From Caulobacteraceae bacterium (GTDB taxonomy: Bacteria; Pseudomonadota; Alphaproteobacteria; Caulobacterales; Caulobacteraceae): a DNA stretch of 52,054 nt. Positions within the stretch are counted from its first letter, which is position 1. Each line of letters starts with the position of its first letter. Positions 21,585 through 30,757 of this stretch are shown here, piece by piece. The DNA lies in NCBI GenBank assembly GCA_025359665.1, contig JANYFU010000076.1:1-52054 (forward strand), given 5' to 3'. The translations under genes were made by a program, and so were the position numbers. Under the pieces are notes generated by a model that was not told where the DNA came from, did no database searches, and saw only the letters and a list, made by a program, of their open reading frames with translations.

Positions 21585-22064
21585 GAAATGATCGCGATCG
21601 CCGCGACGGATCGCCGCATTTTTGGGCGCCGTTGGGTGAGGCACATTTGCCTAGTTGACCCGGAAAGTCCGGCAGACAACGGATGATATTACAGGATCGT
21701 AAGGCTTTGGGTCGCGGCCGACAAAATGGGGAACGTGCGAAAACGCACTAACCGTAGCATGAAAACTGAAATCGGTGGGACAATACATAACAATTCCGGA
21801 TAAAATAGATCGTAGTTCAGTCAATCTAGGTGATGGAGTCGTGAGAATACGCTAGAAATCCCGATGGAAAGGCCAAAAATGGCGTCAAATGTCCGCTGTC
21901 GTATCTTGATCGAGACTCTGAGATCACACCTCGCTCCTGTGCGAGGGCGATGATGAATGAAGCGTTTTCACGAAAAAGCGACTCGGCCAACGCATAAACA
22001 CTCTTTTCATATGGCCGTGCGACGGTTACCCCTAAGGCCGATCCGCGGGGGAGAATTTTCGAAG

Positions 22065-22727
22065 ATGAGAAAACGCATCCGAGCCATCCTGGGTTCCATC
22101 GGCGCCGCGTTCTTGCTTTGCCTTAGCCCAATGGGCGCGTCGGCTGAATCCTATTGGCAATGCGTTCCGTTCGCGCGCCTGATGTCCGGTATCCAGATTT
22201 TCGGAGATGCCCATACTTGGTGGCAGCAGGCCGCTGGTCACTATCAGACGGGCTTCACTCCCAAGGCTGGCGCGGTACTGTGTTTCAAACCGACGGGTCG
22301 CATGCGCCTTGGTCATGTGGCCGTGGTCAGCCAGGTTCTGACTGACCGCATAATTCAGATCACCCATGCCAATTGGTCGATCATCGAAGGCGCCCGGGGG
22401 CAGGTCGAGCAAAATGTTACGGTGATCGATGTCTCGCCGGCCGGTGACTGGAGCCAGGTCAAGGTTTGGTACGATCCGTCACGCGGATTGGGGTCTTCAA
22501 CCTATCCAACCTACGGCTTCATCTACCAGGACGACGCCGCGACCCGTTTCGCCGTGGCCCAGAACGTTGCGGTGGAGATGGCGCAGAATGCCGCCAATCA
22601 GGTTGCCGCCGCAGTACGGCCAGGGGCGTCCGCTATGCAGATGTTGGGCCAGGTCGCTGATTCCACTGATCGGATCGCGGCTCTGATTCAGTTGGCGACC
22701 GGCCAGTCGACGACCGACAAGAAGTAG
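22065..22727 (+). CDS. Secreted CHAP-domain peptidoglycan amidase/peptidase
   Basis: Signal peptide then YWQCVPFAR (catalytic Cys), GDAHTWW, GHVAVV (His), HANW. Confidence 0.88.
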   Translation: MRKRIRAILGSIGAAFLLCLSPMGASAESYWQCVPFARLMSGIQIFGDAHTWWQQAAGHYQTGFTPKAGAVLCFKPTGRMRLGHVAVVSQVLTDRIIQITHANWSIIEGARGQVEQNVTVIDVSPAGDWSQVKVWYDPSRGLGSSTYPTYGFIYQDDAATRFAVAQNVAVEMAQNAANQVAAAVRPGASAMQMLGQVADSTDRIAALIQLATGQSTTDKK

Positions 22728-22728
22728 C

Positions 22729-22747
22729 GCCGAGTCCCTCGGCATTT
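22729..22747 (+). terminator. Possible weak intrinsic terminator after the CHAP gene
   Basis: GCCGAG-tcc-CTCGGC hairpin followed by ATTT right after the stop codon. Confidence 0.3.
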
Positions 22748-22760
22748 GGCTTGAACCTCA

Positions 22761-23693
22761 ATGGGCGACAGCCTAGCTGATCCGCGCATGGACGCGATGA
22801 ACGATATATCGTTCCGCAGGAACTCTCTGGTGCTTTCTGGCCGCGGGTCGGGGACCCTGGCTTACCTCGACTTTGGCTCCTCGGACCGACCGGTCGATTT
22901 GGTGTTCTTGCATGCGAACGGCTTCAACGCCGGGACCTATCGTTCGATCCTAGCGCCTCTGGCGGCGAACTACCGGATACTCGCGATCGACCAGCGCGGT
23001 CATGGAGAGACCGGCCTGGAGACGAATCTGACGGGCCGTCGAGACTGGTTGGACCTACGGGATGATCTACTGGCCTTCCTAGCGGCGCTCGATCTCAGTC
23101 ATATCGTTCTCTCGGGTCATTCAATGGGCGCCACCGCCAGCCTGCTCGCCGCGGCGGAGCAGCCTACGCGTTGCCGACGGCTGGTGCTGTTCGATCCGGT
23201 CATTCTGCCCCCTGGTCAGGGCGCGGTTCCCCAAGATTCACCCCTTGAACAGGCCGCAGGCCGACGCAGAGCGGTATTTCCGAGCCGCGCCGAGGCGATC
23301 AAGTCTTACACGGGTCGGGGCGCCTTCCGGACCTGGCCAGACGGAATTCTACGGGACTATGTCACGGCGGGCTTTCATGACTTGCCGAGCGGGGAGGTCA
23401 TGCTCGCCTGCGCGCCCGCGTGGGAGGCTTCCGGCTACGCGGCTCATGGACATGATCCCTGGGCCGCGCTGCGCTCGACCCAATGCCCGATCGATATCCT
23501 GCGCGCCGAGACGGCTTCGACGTTCCATGTCGGTGAAGCCGGCACTATGGCGGGCGACAGGATTCACATAACGACCGTGCCGGGCTCGACTCACTTTCTG
23601 CCGATGGAACGGCCCGATCTGATCCGTACCACGCTGGAGGAAGCCATCTCGGGTAAGTCCGTGAGCGCCGTCACAGCGCCAATCCAGGCGTAA
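22761..23693 (+). CDS. Alpha/beta hydrolase
   Basis: FLHANGF, DQRGHG, nucleophile GHSMG, THFLPME. Exact start uncertain. Confidence 0.88.
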   Translation: MGDSLADPRMDAMNDISFRRNSLVLSGRGSGTLAYLDFGSSDRPVDLVFLHANGFNAGTYRSILAPLAANYRILAIDQRGHGETGLETNLTGRRDWLDLRDDLLAFLAALDLSHIVLSGHSMGATASLLAAAEQPTRCRRLVLFDPVILPPGQGAVPQDSPLEQAAGRRRAVFPSRAEAIKSYTGRGAFRTWPDGILRDYVTAGFHDLPSGEVMLACAPAWEASGYAAHGHDPWAALRSTQCPIDILRAETASTFHVGEAGTMAGDRIHITTVPGSTHFLPMERPDLIRTTLEEAISGKSVSAVTAPIQA

Positions 23694-24609
23694 CGCGACC
23701 GCTGAGGCGAGCCTGATCGCCGACGCTGGTCGGGACAATTTTTCTCGTTTCAAGATCCAAAGCGATCGCGATCGCCTCGGCGGTGGCCCAGGGCTTGCCG
23801 GTTCCCGGGTCCAGCATCCAGTGGACCAGACGCTGAGCGCGATCTCCGACCGCGGCGAGGCCTGAACGGATGACGAACCGATCGCCCGCCCGGGGCCAGG
23901 CGTGATAGGCCACTCGATACTCGAGAACCGCGCCGCCGACCCGAGCACCGGATTCCGCTGGCGGAGCCCCGCTCACTTCCTGAAGCGCCATGCCGAGGGT
24001 GGGGATTCCGTCTGAAACGCGGCCCATGAAAATATCGGGCCGCATACGGCCAAAGATATCGCAATCGGCGGCGGCGACGGCGCCGGCGCCGATGCGGACC
24101 AGATTCATGCGATCGGCTTCCTCAAGTGAGGCGACAGATGCGACTGGATTCAGGTCGAGGCTTCGGGGCGCCGCTTTGTCAGGTGTGCTCATGCGATAGC
24201 GTTCGGCCCGTCGCAGCGTTTCGGCGGACCAGGGAAAGGGGCGGCCCTCCCGAGCGGTGGCGTGCGTCACCACGCATTGAAAGCTGGCGGCGAGTTCGCC
24301 GGTGATCGAATGAACCAGAAGCTGGAGGAAGCGCGCATGGCTCTCCCGCATTTCCAGAACGCCGGCGACCATATGGAGGGGCGCTCGACTCCGTGCCTCT
24401 CTAAGGAAGCGGATATGATGATCGGTCGGGAGCAGGGTCGCGGTAGCCTGTTCGCGAAATGCGCTATCCAGGCCAAGCGCGCCGGCCAGTCCGACCAGCC
24501 CTTCCATCGCCCGCGCGACATAGAAGCGCACGTTCAGGTGGCCCATATCATCGCATTCCCAGGTGTTCACCCCGCCGCGCCAGACCTCAAGGCCGCCAAA
24601 ATCGTTCAT
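23671..24609 (-). CDS. Tandem hot-dog-fold (4HBT-like) thioesterase
   Basis: WECDDMGHLNVRFY and a second degenerate unit DCDIFGRM. Confidence 0.82.
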   Translation of the reverse strand: MNDFGGLEVWRGGVNTWECDDMGHLNVRFYVARAMEGLVGLAGALGLDSAFREQATATLLPTDHHIRFLREARSRAPLHMVAGVLEMRESHARFLQLLVHSITGELAASFQCVVTHATAREGRPFPWSAETLRRAERYRMSTPDKAAPRSLDLNPVASVASLEEADRMNLVRIGAGAVAAADCDIFGRMRPDIFMGRVSDGIPTLGMALQEVSGAPPAESGARVGGAVLEYRVAYHAWPRAGDRFVIRSGLAAVGDRAQRLVHWMLDPGTGKPWATAEAIAIALDLETRKIVPTSVGDQARLSGRVTPGLAL

Positions 24610-24687
24610 CGGGCAAATCCTCGAACCGTACCATCGTTCATGGCGTGTCCGCTGAAGGTTCAGGTTCAGAGGGCCGGCAAGGACACG

Positions 24688-25470
24688 CTACCAGGGAGTT
24701 ATCGCGGTCAACGCCGCCTCCGCGTCGCAACGCTCGGGCTTATCGGCCACTTGGGCCGTCCGCAGGGCCGCCATCTCGGCCCTCGCGGCTTCGAGATCGG
24801 CCCGGAACACCGGATCGCCATGCAGCGCCGCCACAAGCGATGACCCGGCGGTCCGGGCTTCGGTGACGGCGCTGGCGCTATGGACACCACAGATGGCGCG
24901 GCTCTCGCCGTAAGCCCGCGCGCGGGTGAGGATTGGGCCTGCCCGGTCGGGGGCCAGCTCCGCGAAGATCAAACCCGCGGTCCAGGCAAAGGTCGCATGT
25001 CCCGAAGGATAGTCCCAGCTCTTGGCCAAATCATTGGATCGATCGACGCAAATCTCGCCGGCGTCCCGCAGATAGGGTCGAGGTCTCTTGTAGGCATCCT
25101 TGGGAATGCCGTAGGCTGAAACCATGTCCGGGACGACCCTGCGCAAAATCAGGGCGAGGGCCGGCGCGTCTCTTTCGTCGAGGTTGACGCCAGTCGCGCA
25201 ACTGAAATCCCGCAGGATATCGGCGATTGATATCCGTGCGTCGCTGGTCGCCAGCGCCCAGCGCGGGGTGTCCTTTAATGCCCTGGTTGCCTTGAAGATG
25301 GCTCGATCCGCCAGGTCGCGCGGCGATCCGACCTCCGGCGCGGGTGGAAGAATCGAGAGGGTTTCGGGTTCACGACCCTTGAGATATCCGCCCCATGGGG
25401 TCTGAGCGATCGACCCGCAGGCAAGCGCCACGGCCAGGGACGCGCCAAAGATCAAAGCCGTAGCGCGCAT
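24688..25470 (-). CDS. Class A non-specific acid phosphatase (PAP2 family), exported
   Basis: Signal peptide; K-x6-RP (KDAYKRPRP), YPSGH, SRAICGVH. Confidence 0.88.
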   Translation of the reverse strand: MRATALIFGASLAVALACGSIAQTPWGGYLKGREPETLSILPPAPEVGSPRDLADRAIFKATRALKDTPRWALATSDARISIADILRDFSCATGVNLDERDAPALALILRRVVPDMVSAYGIPKDAYKRPRPYLRDAGEICVDRSNDLAKSWDYPSGHATFAWTAGLIFAELAPDRAGPILTRARAYGESRAICGVHSASAVTEARTAGSSLVAALHGDPVFRADLEAARAEMAALRTAQVADKPERCDAEAALTAITPW

Positions 25471-25516
25471 CACAACTCCCCGGCATCCAGCGCCAGGAGG
25501 ATGATAGGCCGCCGTT

Positions 25517-26569
25517 TCAGTTGTTTGCAAACAGCTTCGCGAACCGGCGTTTTTCGCGGCTTTTCCAGCCTCCCCGGTGATAGGCGTCGGATCCGATCAG
25601 TGGGATGACCGTGGTTGCCTCGGCGAAGACCATCTGCTCCCAGGTCACATCCACCTTGCCCCAGGAACAAGCCTCCTTGAGCGTCGATGATGAACAGGCG
25701 CCGTCTCGCACGTCGGCGACGGTGATCTGGATCGCGTATTTGTGCATCTCGGCTTCGACACCGAGGATTTCGGCGCAGACGACAGTGTCTTGCGCAAAGT
25801 TCTTTGGCACGCCGCCTCCGACCATGAACAGGCCCGTCGTGCCGGCCGCGATCTTGATATCCGTCAGTTCCCGGAAGTCGGCCACGGAGTCGATCGTCAC
25901 ATAGGGCTGTTTCGCCTTGATCCGTTCCACCTGGTGTTTGACCAACCCAAACCCGGCGGAGCTATCGGTGAAGGCGGGGCAGAAAATCGGGCAGCCCTCC
26001 TCATAGGCGGTCTGGATCAGGCTCCCCGGCTTCTTGGCGTTGCCGGCCGCCAGCCACCGGCCGATTTCGTGAATGAACTCCCGGGAAGAATAGGGGCGCG
26101 GTTGCAGGGCGTCGGTGATCTCCTTGATGGCATGATCACAAGCCTGAAGTTCTTCCTCGTCGATGTAGGTGTCGTAAATCCGGTCGATATAGAGCGCGCG
26201 CAGATCGCGATCATCGACACCGCCTTGCGCCTGATAGTGCTTGAAGCCGAGGGCCTCGAAGAAATCCATGTCAATGATCGAGGCGCCGGTGGCGACCACC
26301 ACGTCGGCCATGCCGAACTTGAGCATATCCCGGTAGACGTGCATGCAACCGCCGGCGCTCGTGGAGCCCGCCAGGGTTATCCAGACCGAACATGACGGAT
26401 CCTCGATGGCCATCGTGAGAATGTCGGCCGCCCGCGCGGTGTCGCGGGAGGTGAAGCTCATCTTACGCATCGCATCGATCACCGGCCGCGCGTCATAGGC
26501 AGTGATGTCAACGTGCTCGACCACTTTGGAGAGCAGTTCGGCCTTGGTGTTCGGAGCGGGGGCGTTCAT
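25517..26569 (-). CDS. Deoxyhypusine-synthase-like protein (SpeY type, polyamine synthesis)
   Basis: IDRIYDTY, FCPAFTDSS, GGGVPKNF and active-site Lys motif EACSWGK. Confidence 0.88.
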   Translation of the reverse strand: MNAPAPNTKAELLSKVVEHVDITAYDARPVIDAMRKMSFTSRDTARAADILTMAIEDPSCSVWITLAGSTSAGGCMHVYRDMLKFGMADVVVATGASIIDMDFFEALGFKHYQAQGGVDDRDLRALYIDRIYDTYIDEEELQACDHAIKEITDALQPRPYSSREFIHEIGRWLAAGNAKKPGSLIQTAYEEGCPIFCPAFTDSSAGFGLVKHQVERIKAKQPYVTIDSVADFRELTDIKIAAGTTGLFMVGGGVPKNFAQDTVVCAEILGVEAEMHKYAIQITVADVRDGACSSSTLKEACSWGKVDVTWEQMVFAEATTVIPLIGSDAYHRGGWKSREKRRFAKLFANN

Positions 26570-26661
26570 GGCTCGGGTTCCAGCGGGGACAGGGGGAGGC
26601 GGCCTCCAGGGCTGGGCTGGCCGGGGACGACGCGAATGAAGAGGTATTGTAGCGGCCTAGC

Positions 26662-27903
26662 CTATCTGCGGCGGCGCTTCTTGCCCTTGGCGCGCGTCAG
26701 TTTGATGACCGCGCCGGTTTCGCCCTTTGGGCTCGGGATAGACTGCGGGGCGAGACCGAACATCGACGCCATCGGCGCGTCCCGAACCGCAACGGTCTCC
26801 ACGTCGCCAAAGCCGTTGAAGCGCGTGGCCATGGCGACGCCGTAGGCGCCCAACATGCCTATCTCGATGTGATCACCTTCGCGCACGTCCTCCGGCAGCC
26901 AGAATGGACCTGGCATGACATCAATGGAGTCACAGGTCGGACCGAAGAACTGAAACGGCCGGAGCGGCGTGTCGGTGGCGCCTTCGCCACGGATCAGCTT
27001 GACCGGGAACGGCCATTTGGAGTGGGCGGCGTCGAAAAGCGAGCCATAGGCGCCATCATTCAGATAGAGGGCGTCGCCCTTGCGCAGCTCCACGCGGGTT
27101 AGGAGCGATGTACTTTCCGCCACAAGCGCCCGACCTGGTTCGCACCAGAGCTCCGTGGTTTCGTGCACCATCATTTCAGCGAAACCCCGATCGATGGCCG
27201 CGACGTATTCAGTTAGGTTCGGCGGAATCATGCCGGGATAGACCGACGGAAAACCGCCTCCGACATCGACGACATCGGCGAACACGGCCGCGCGCACGAG
27301 CGCCCGGGAGGCCTGCGCCATGGCCGCCTGGAATGCAGACGGCCGCATGCACTGGCTGCCGACGTGGAAAGATACCCCCATGAGTTCGCTTGTGGCTTGG
27401 CGCGCGGCCCGCAAGATATCCGGTGCTTCGAAGGCCGAGACCCCAAATTTGCCGTTCAGCGCATAGGCGGCCCCCGGGGTTTCCACCGCTAGGCGCACGA
27501 TCAGATTCAAATCCTGGGCGTCGCCGGTGGCGTCGCGAATCTTTGCCAACTCATGGTGACTGTCGAGGGCGAAGGTCCTGACTCCGTGGTCGAAATAAGC
27601 CGAAGCGATCGCGGTCCGGCTCTTCACCGGATGCATGAATGCCATTCGTGACCCGGGCGCATGAACACTCACGCGCTCGATTTCCGCGATTGAGGCGACA
27701 TCGAAACAGTTTACGCCGTTGGCTGCGAGCTCGCGGATAACCCACGGTTCTGGATTGGCCTTCACAGCATAGAAGACGTCGCCGGCAAAATTCTTCCTGA
27801 ACCAGCGCGCCGCCACGGCCAGGGCGTCCGGTCGCGCGAATGCGACAGGACGTTCCGGCGACCGCTCACGGACCAGGTCCAGGGGTGTATGGTACGTGTG
27901 CAA
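26662..27903 (-). CDS. Fold-type III PLP-dependent basic amino acid (Orn/Lys/Arg) decarboxylase
   Basis: PLP-Lys FYAVKANP, SFHVGSQ, DVGGGF, EPGR, FGPTCDSID, FNGF. Probable TTG start 9 nt after AGGGGG. Confidence 0.9.
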   Translation of the reverse strand: MHTYHTPLDLVRERSPERPVAFARPDALAVAARWFRKNFAGDVFYAVKANPEPWVIRELAANGVNCFDVASIAEIERVSVHAPGSRMAFMHPVKSRTAIASAYFDHGVRTFALDSHHELAKIRDATGDAQDLNLIVRLAVETPGAAYALNGKFGVSAFEAPDILRAARQATSELMGVSFHVGSQCMRPSAFQAAMAQASRALVRAAVFADVVDVGGGFPSVYPGMIPPNLTEYVAAIDRGFAEMMVHETTELWCEPGRALVAESTSLLTRVELRKGDALYLNDGAYGSLFDAAHSKWPFPVKLIRGEGATDTPLRPFQFFGPTCDSIDVMPGPFWLPEDVREGDHIEIGMLGAYGVAMATRFNGFGDVETVAVRDAPMASMFGLAPQSIPSPKGETGAVIKLTRAKGKKRRRR

Positions 27904-28133
27904 TTCACGTAGCCCCCTGCAGATTGTTGAACCCAGGCCGGCGTTAGCAGCGCTTTTGAGGACAACGGGTCCGCCGGAGAGCGCGCAGATAGTTATGATG
28001 GGCCGGGATGTAAAGAACAAAACGACCCCTGGCCCATAAAGCAATGGACTGGACCGCCGGAGCCTCGCCGTGGCATGACCTGTCATCGACGACAGTTGGC
28101 CCGCGCGGCCCGCGCCAGCCTCAAGGAACGCCG

Positions 28134-28913
28134 ATGACGTTTCCAGCCGCCGTTATATCCGTGCGGAACGTCTCCAAGCGTTTCGGTTCCACCTTGGCGC
28201 TCGACGGTGTCTCGCTCGAAGTGGGTCGAGGCGAAATGATCGCTCTGATTGGACCATCCGGTTCGGGCAAATCCACGCTGCTGCGCACGGTGGCTGGGCT
28301 GGCGACGATCGACGCCGGCGGGGGCACGGTCACGGTGTTTGGCGAACGGCTCCAGGAACGGGGCCGCTTGATGGACGGCTTTCCGCGCGCGCGGCGACGG
28401 ATTGGATTCATCTTCCAGCAGTTCAATCTGGTCGGCCGACTGTCGCTTTTCACGAACGTCGCGTTGGGGTCGCTGGGCCGGATCGGATTCTGGCGCGGCC
28501 TTCTTGGTCGTTGGCCAATTGAAGTTCGAACCGCGGCGATGGCAGCTCTCGTCAGAGTGGGGGTGGCCGATCGCGCCGGTCAGAGAGCCAACACGCTTTC
28601 AGGGGGGCAGCAGCAGCGCGGCGCGATCGCGCGAACGCTGGTACAGCAGGCCGAGGTTGTCCTTGCGGACGAGCCGGTCGCTTCGCTCGACCCGGTGTCG
28701 GCGCGGAACGTTATGGACATCCTGAAGGACCTGAATCGTGTCGACGGCATGACGATCTTGGTCACACTCCACCAGGTCGACTATGCGCTACGTTATTGTG
28801 ATCGCGTGGTGGCGCTGAAAGCGGGCTGCATCGTCTACGATGGACCGACCTCCGGTCTTCGCCAGGATGCGTTGGTGAATATATATGGCCCTGAATTTCA
28901 GGACGCATTTTGA
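28134..28913 (+). CDS. phnC: Phosphonate ABC transporter ATP-binding protein
   Basis: GPSGSGKS, IFQQFNLVGRL, LSGGQQQR, ADEPVASLDP. Confidence 0.92.
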   Translation: MTFPAAVISVRNVSKRFGSTLALDGVSLEVGRGEMIALIGPSGSGKSTLLRTVAGLATIDAGGGTVTVFGERLQERGRLMDGFPRARRRIGFIFQQFNLVGRLSLFTNVALGSLGRIGFWRGLLGRWPIEVRTAAMAALVRVGVADRAGQRANTLSGGQQQRGAIARTLVQQAEVVLADEPVASLDPVSARNVMDILKDLNRVDGMTILVTLHQVDYALRYCDRVVALKAGCIVYDGPTSGLRQDALVNIYGPEFQDAF

Positions 28914-28927
28914 GAGGAAGCGCCGAT

Positions 28928-29950
28928 ATGATCACGCAGCGGCAAATGGCGGCTCTCGGACTTTGTGTCTTGAGCCTTTCCGCCTGCGGCAAGCCGCGAA
29001 CGACGCTGGACTCGCGGCCGCCAACCGAGGTGCGTTTCTCGGTGCTTTCGACCGAGTCCACCCAAGCCATGTCCGCTTACTGGCGACCGATCCTTGCCGA
29101 TATGGAGGCACAAACCGGTCTGAAGATCACGCCGTTCTATTCGAACAACTACACGCTATTGGTCGAGGCGATGCGGTTCAAGAAGACTGATGCGGGTTGG
29201 TTTTCCAATCAGTCGGGACTGGAGGCGGTTCGCAGAGGTGGCGGGGAGGTGTTCGCCCGGACCTTCAATCCATCAGGCGTTGATGGCTATACATCGGTGC
29301 TGATCGTCAACGCCAAGAGCAAAATTACGCTCGAAAAGGTTTTGATGTGTAAAAAATCGCTTACATTCGGCCTCGGAGACGTGCTCTCGACCTCCGGCAC
29401 CCTCGCGCCGATGACATATCTGTTCGCACCAAAGAACATCAAACCTACCGCCTGTTTCAAACAGGTGCGCAGCGGTTCAAGCCACCAGACAAATCTGGTG
29501 GCCGTGGCCAATGGTCAATTGGATGTCGCCACCAACAACAGTACCTCCTTGATGCTCAATCAGCAAAATGGCGGTCACGACGCCGAACGCGTCAAGGTGA
29601 TCTGGCGTTCTCCTGTTCTTCCTGAAGATCCTATCATATGGCGCAAGGATCTTGACCCAGATGTCAAGGAAAAGCTACGCCAGTTCTTCCTTACCTACGG
29701 TCAGGGTGATGGCCCCGACGCGGTCAGACAGCGTGGCTACATGGCCAAGGTGCATGTTGGCGGTTTCAAGCCGGCCGATGACAGTCACCTGCTTCCCGTG
29801 AGGGAAATGGAGGCCACCGAGCACTGGATCGAAGCCAAGGATAGCGGCGACAAAGCCAAGATCGCTCAGACCAAGAGCGACCTCGATGCGATCCGCGACC
29901 AAAGGGTAGCGCTTGAGGCGCGTACGCGAGCTGCCGCGGCGGCGCAGTAG
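28928..29950 (+). CDS. phnD: Phosphate/phosphite/phosphonate ABC transporter substrate-binding lipoprotein
   Basis: Lipobox LSAC, STSG motif, LDVATNN, WRSP-LPEDP; lies between phnC and phnE. Confidence 0.9.
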   Translation: MITQRQMAALGLCVLSLSACGKPRTTLDSRPPTEVRFSVLSTESTQAMSAYWRPILADMEAQTGLKITPFYSNNYTLLVEAMRFKKTDAGWFSNQSGLEAVRRGGGEVFARTFNPSGVDGYTSVLIVNAKSKITLEKVLMCKKSLTFGLGDVLSTSGTLAPMTYLFAPKNIKPTACFKQVRSGSSHQTNLVAVANGQLDVATNNSTSLMLNQQNGGHDAERVKVIWRSPVLPEDPIIWRKDLDPDVKEKLRQFFLTYGQGDGPDAVRQRGYMAKVHVGGFKPADDSHLLPVREMEATEHWIEAKDSGDKAKIAQTKSDLDAIRDQRVALEARTRAAAAAQ

Positions 29951-29953
29951 GCG

Positions 29954-30757
29954 ATGGCGCTGGCTCCAGAGACGATCCCACGGCCACCTGAACAAAGCCT
30001 TGCTCAGCGCGCCTTCGACTTTGTGATCTGGGGAGGGCTCGCCCTGCTTCTGATACTTGGTGCTCGAGGCGCCGAAATCGGGAAAATGGGTGAACTGTTT
30101 TCTGGTGGCCAGAACATGCGCCAGCTTGGAATGGAATTTGTGCGCCCGAACTTCGGGGAGTACCGCCTCTACATCACGGACATGTGGCTGACTGTGCAGA
30201 TGGCGCTGTGGGGCACCGCCCTGGCGTTGCTGATCGCGATTCCGCTTGGACTGGCCGGCGCGCGTAACCTGACACCTACCTGGATTCAGCAGCCGGTCCG
30301 CCGGTTGCTTGATGTTCTGCGTTCGGTGCCGGATTTGGTGATCGGGGCGATTTTCGTCGTCGCCGTCGGTCTCGGTCCGTTCGCGGGCGTAATGGCGTTG
30401 GCGGTCAATACTGGGGGTGTGCTGGGCAAACTGTTCTCCGAGGCCGTCGAAGCGATCGATCGCGCACCGGTGGAAGGCGTCCGAGCAACCGGCGCGGCGC
30501 CCTTGCACGAAATCGTCTGGGGCGTACTGCCGCAGGTCGCGCCGCTCTGGACCAGCTACGCCCTGTATCGGTTCGAATCCAACGCCCGGTCGGCAACGGT
30601 GCTCAGCCTGATCGGGGCCGGAGGGATCGGGCAGCCGCTGTTTGATTCCATCAACAGCTTCGCGTTCGACCAGACCAGCGCCATCGTTATCGTCATCGTC
30701 GTGGCCGTGTCGGGAATCGATCTTCTGTCCCAGGTCATCCGAGGCAGACTGCTTTAG
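29954..30757 (+). CDS. phnE: Phosphonate ABC transporter permease
   Basis: GLGPFAG, GKLFSEAVE, YRFESNARSATVL, GAGGIG. Confidence 0.92.
   Translation: MALAPETIPRPPEQSLAQRAFDFVIWGGLALLLILGARGAEIGKMGELFSGGQNMRQLGMEFVRPNFGEYRLYITDMWLTVQMALWGTALALLIAIPLGLAGARNLTPTWIQQPVRRLLDVLRSVPDLVIGAIFVVAVGLGPFAGVMALAVNTGGVLGKLFSEAVEAIDRAPVEGVRATGAAPLHEIVWGVLPQVAPLWTSYALYRFESNARSATVLSLIGAGGIGQPLFDSINSFAFDQTSAIVIVIVVAVSGIDLLSQVIRGRLL

Noticed and set aside
27762-27965. 67-aa ORF overlapping the decarboxylase start as a leader peptide or frameshift partner
   Set aside because: No SD for its TTG, no slippery site seen, and the main frame is complete without it; only the start-codon arrangement is kept as a finding.
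28070-28097. Pho box upstream of phnC
   Set aside because: One perfect half-site (CTGTCAT at 28080) is present, but the neighbouring half-site is 10 rather than 11 bp away, so it is not called.
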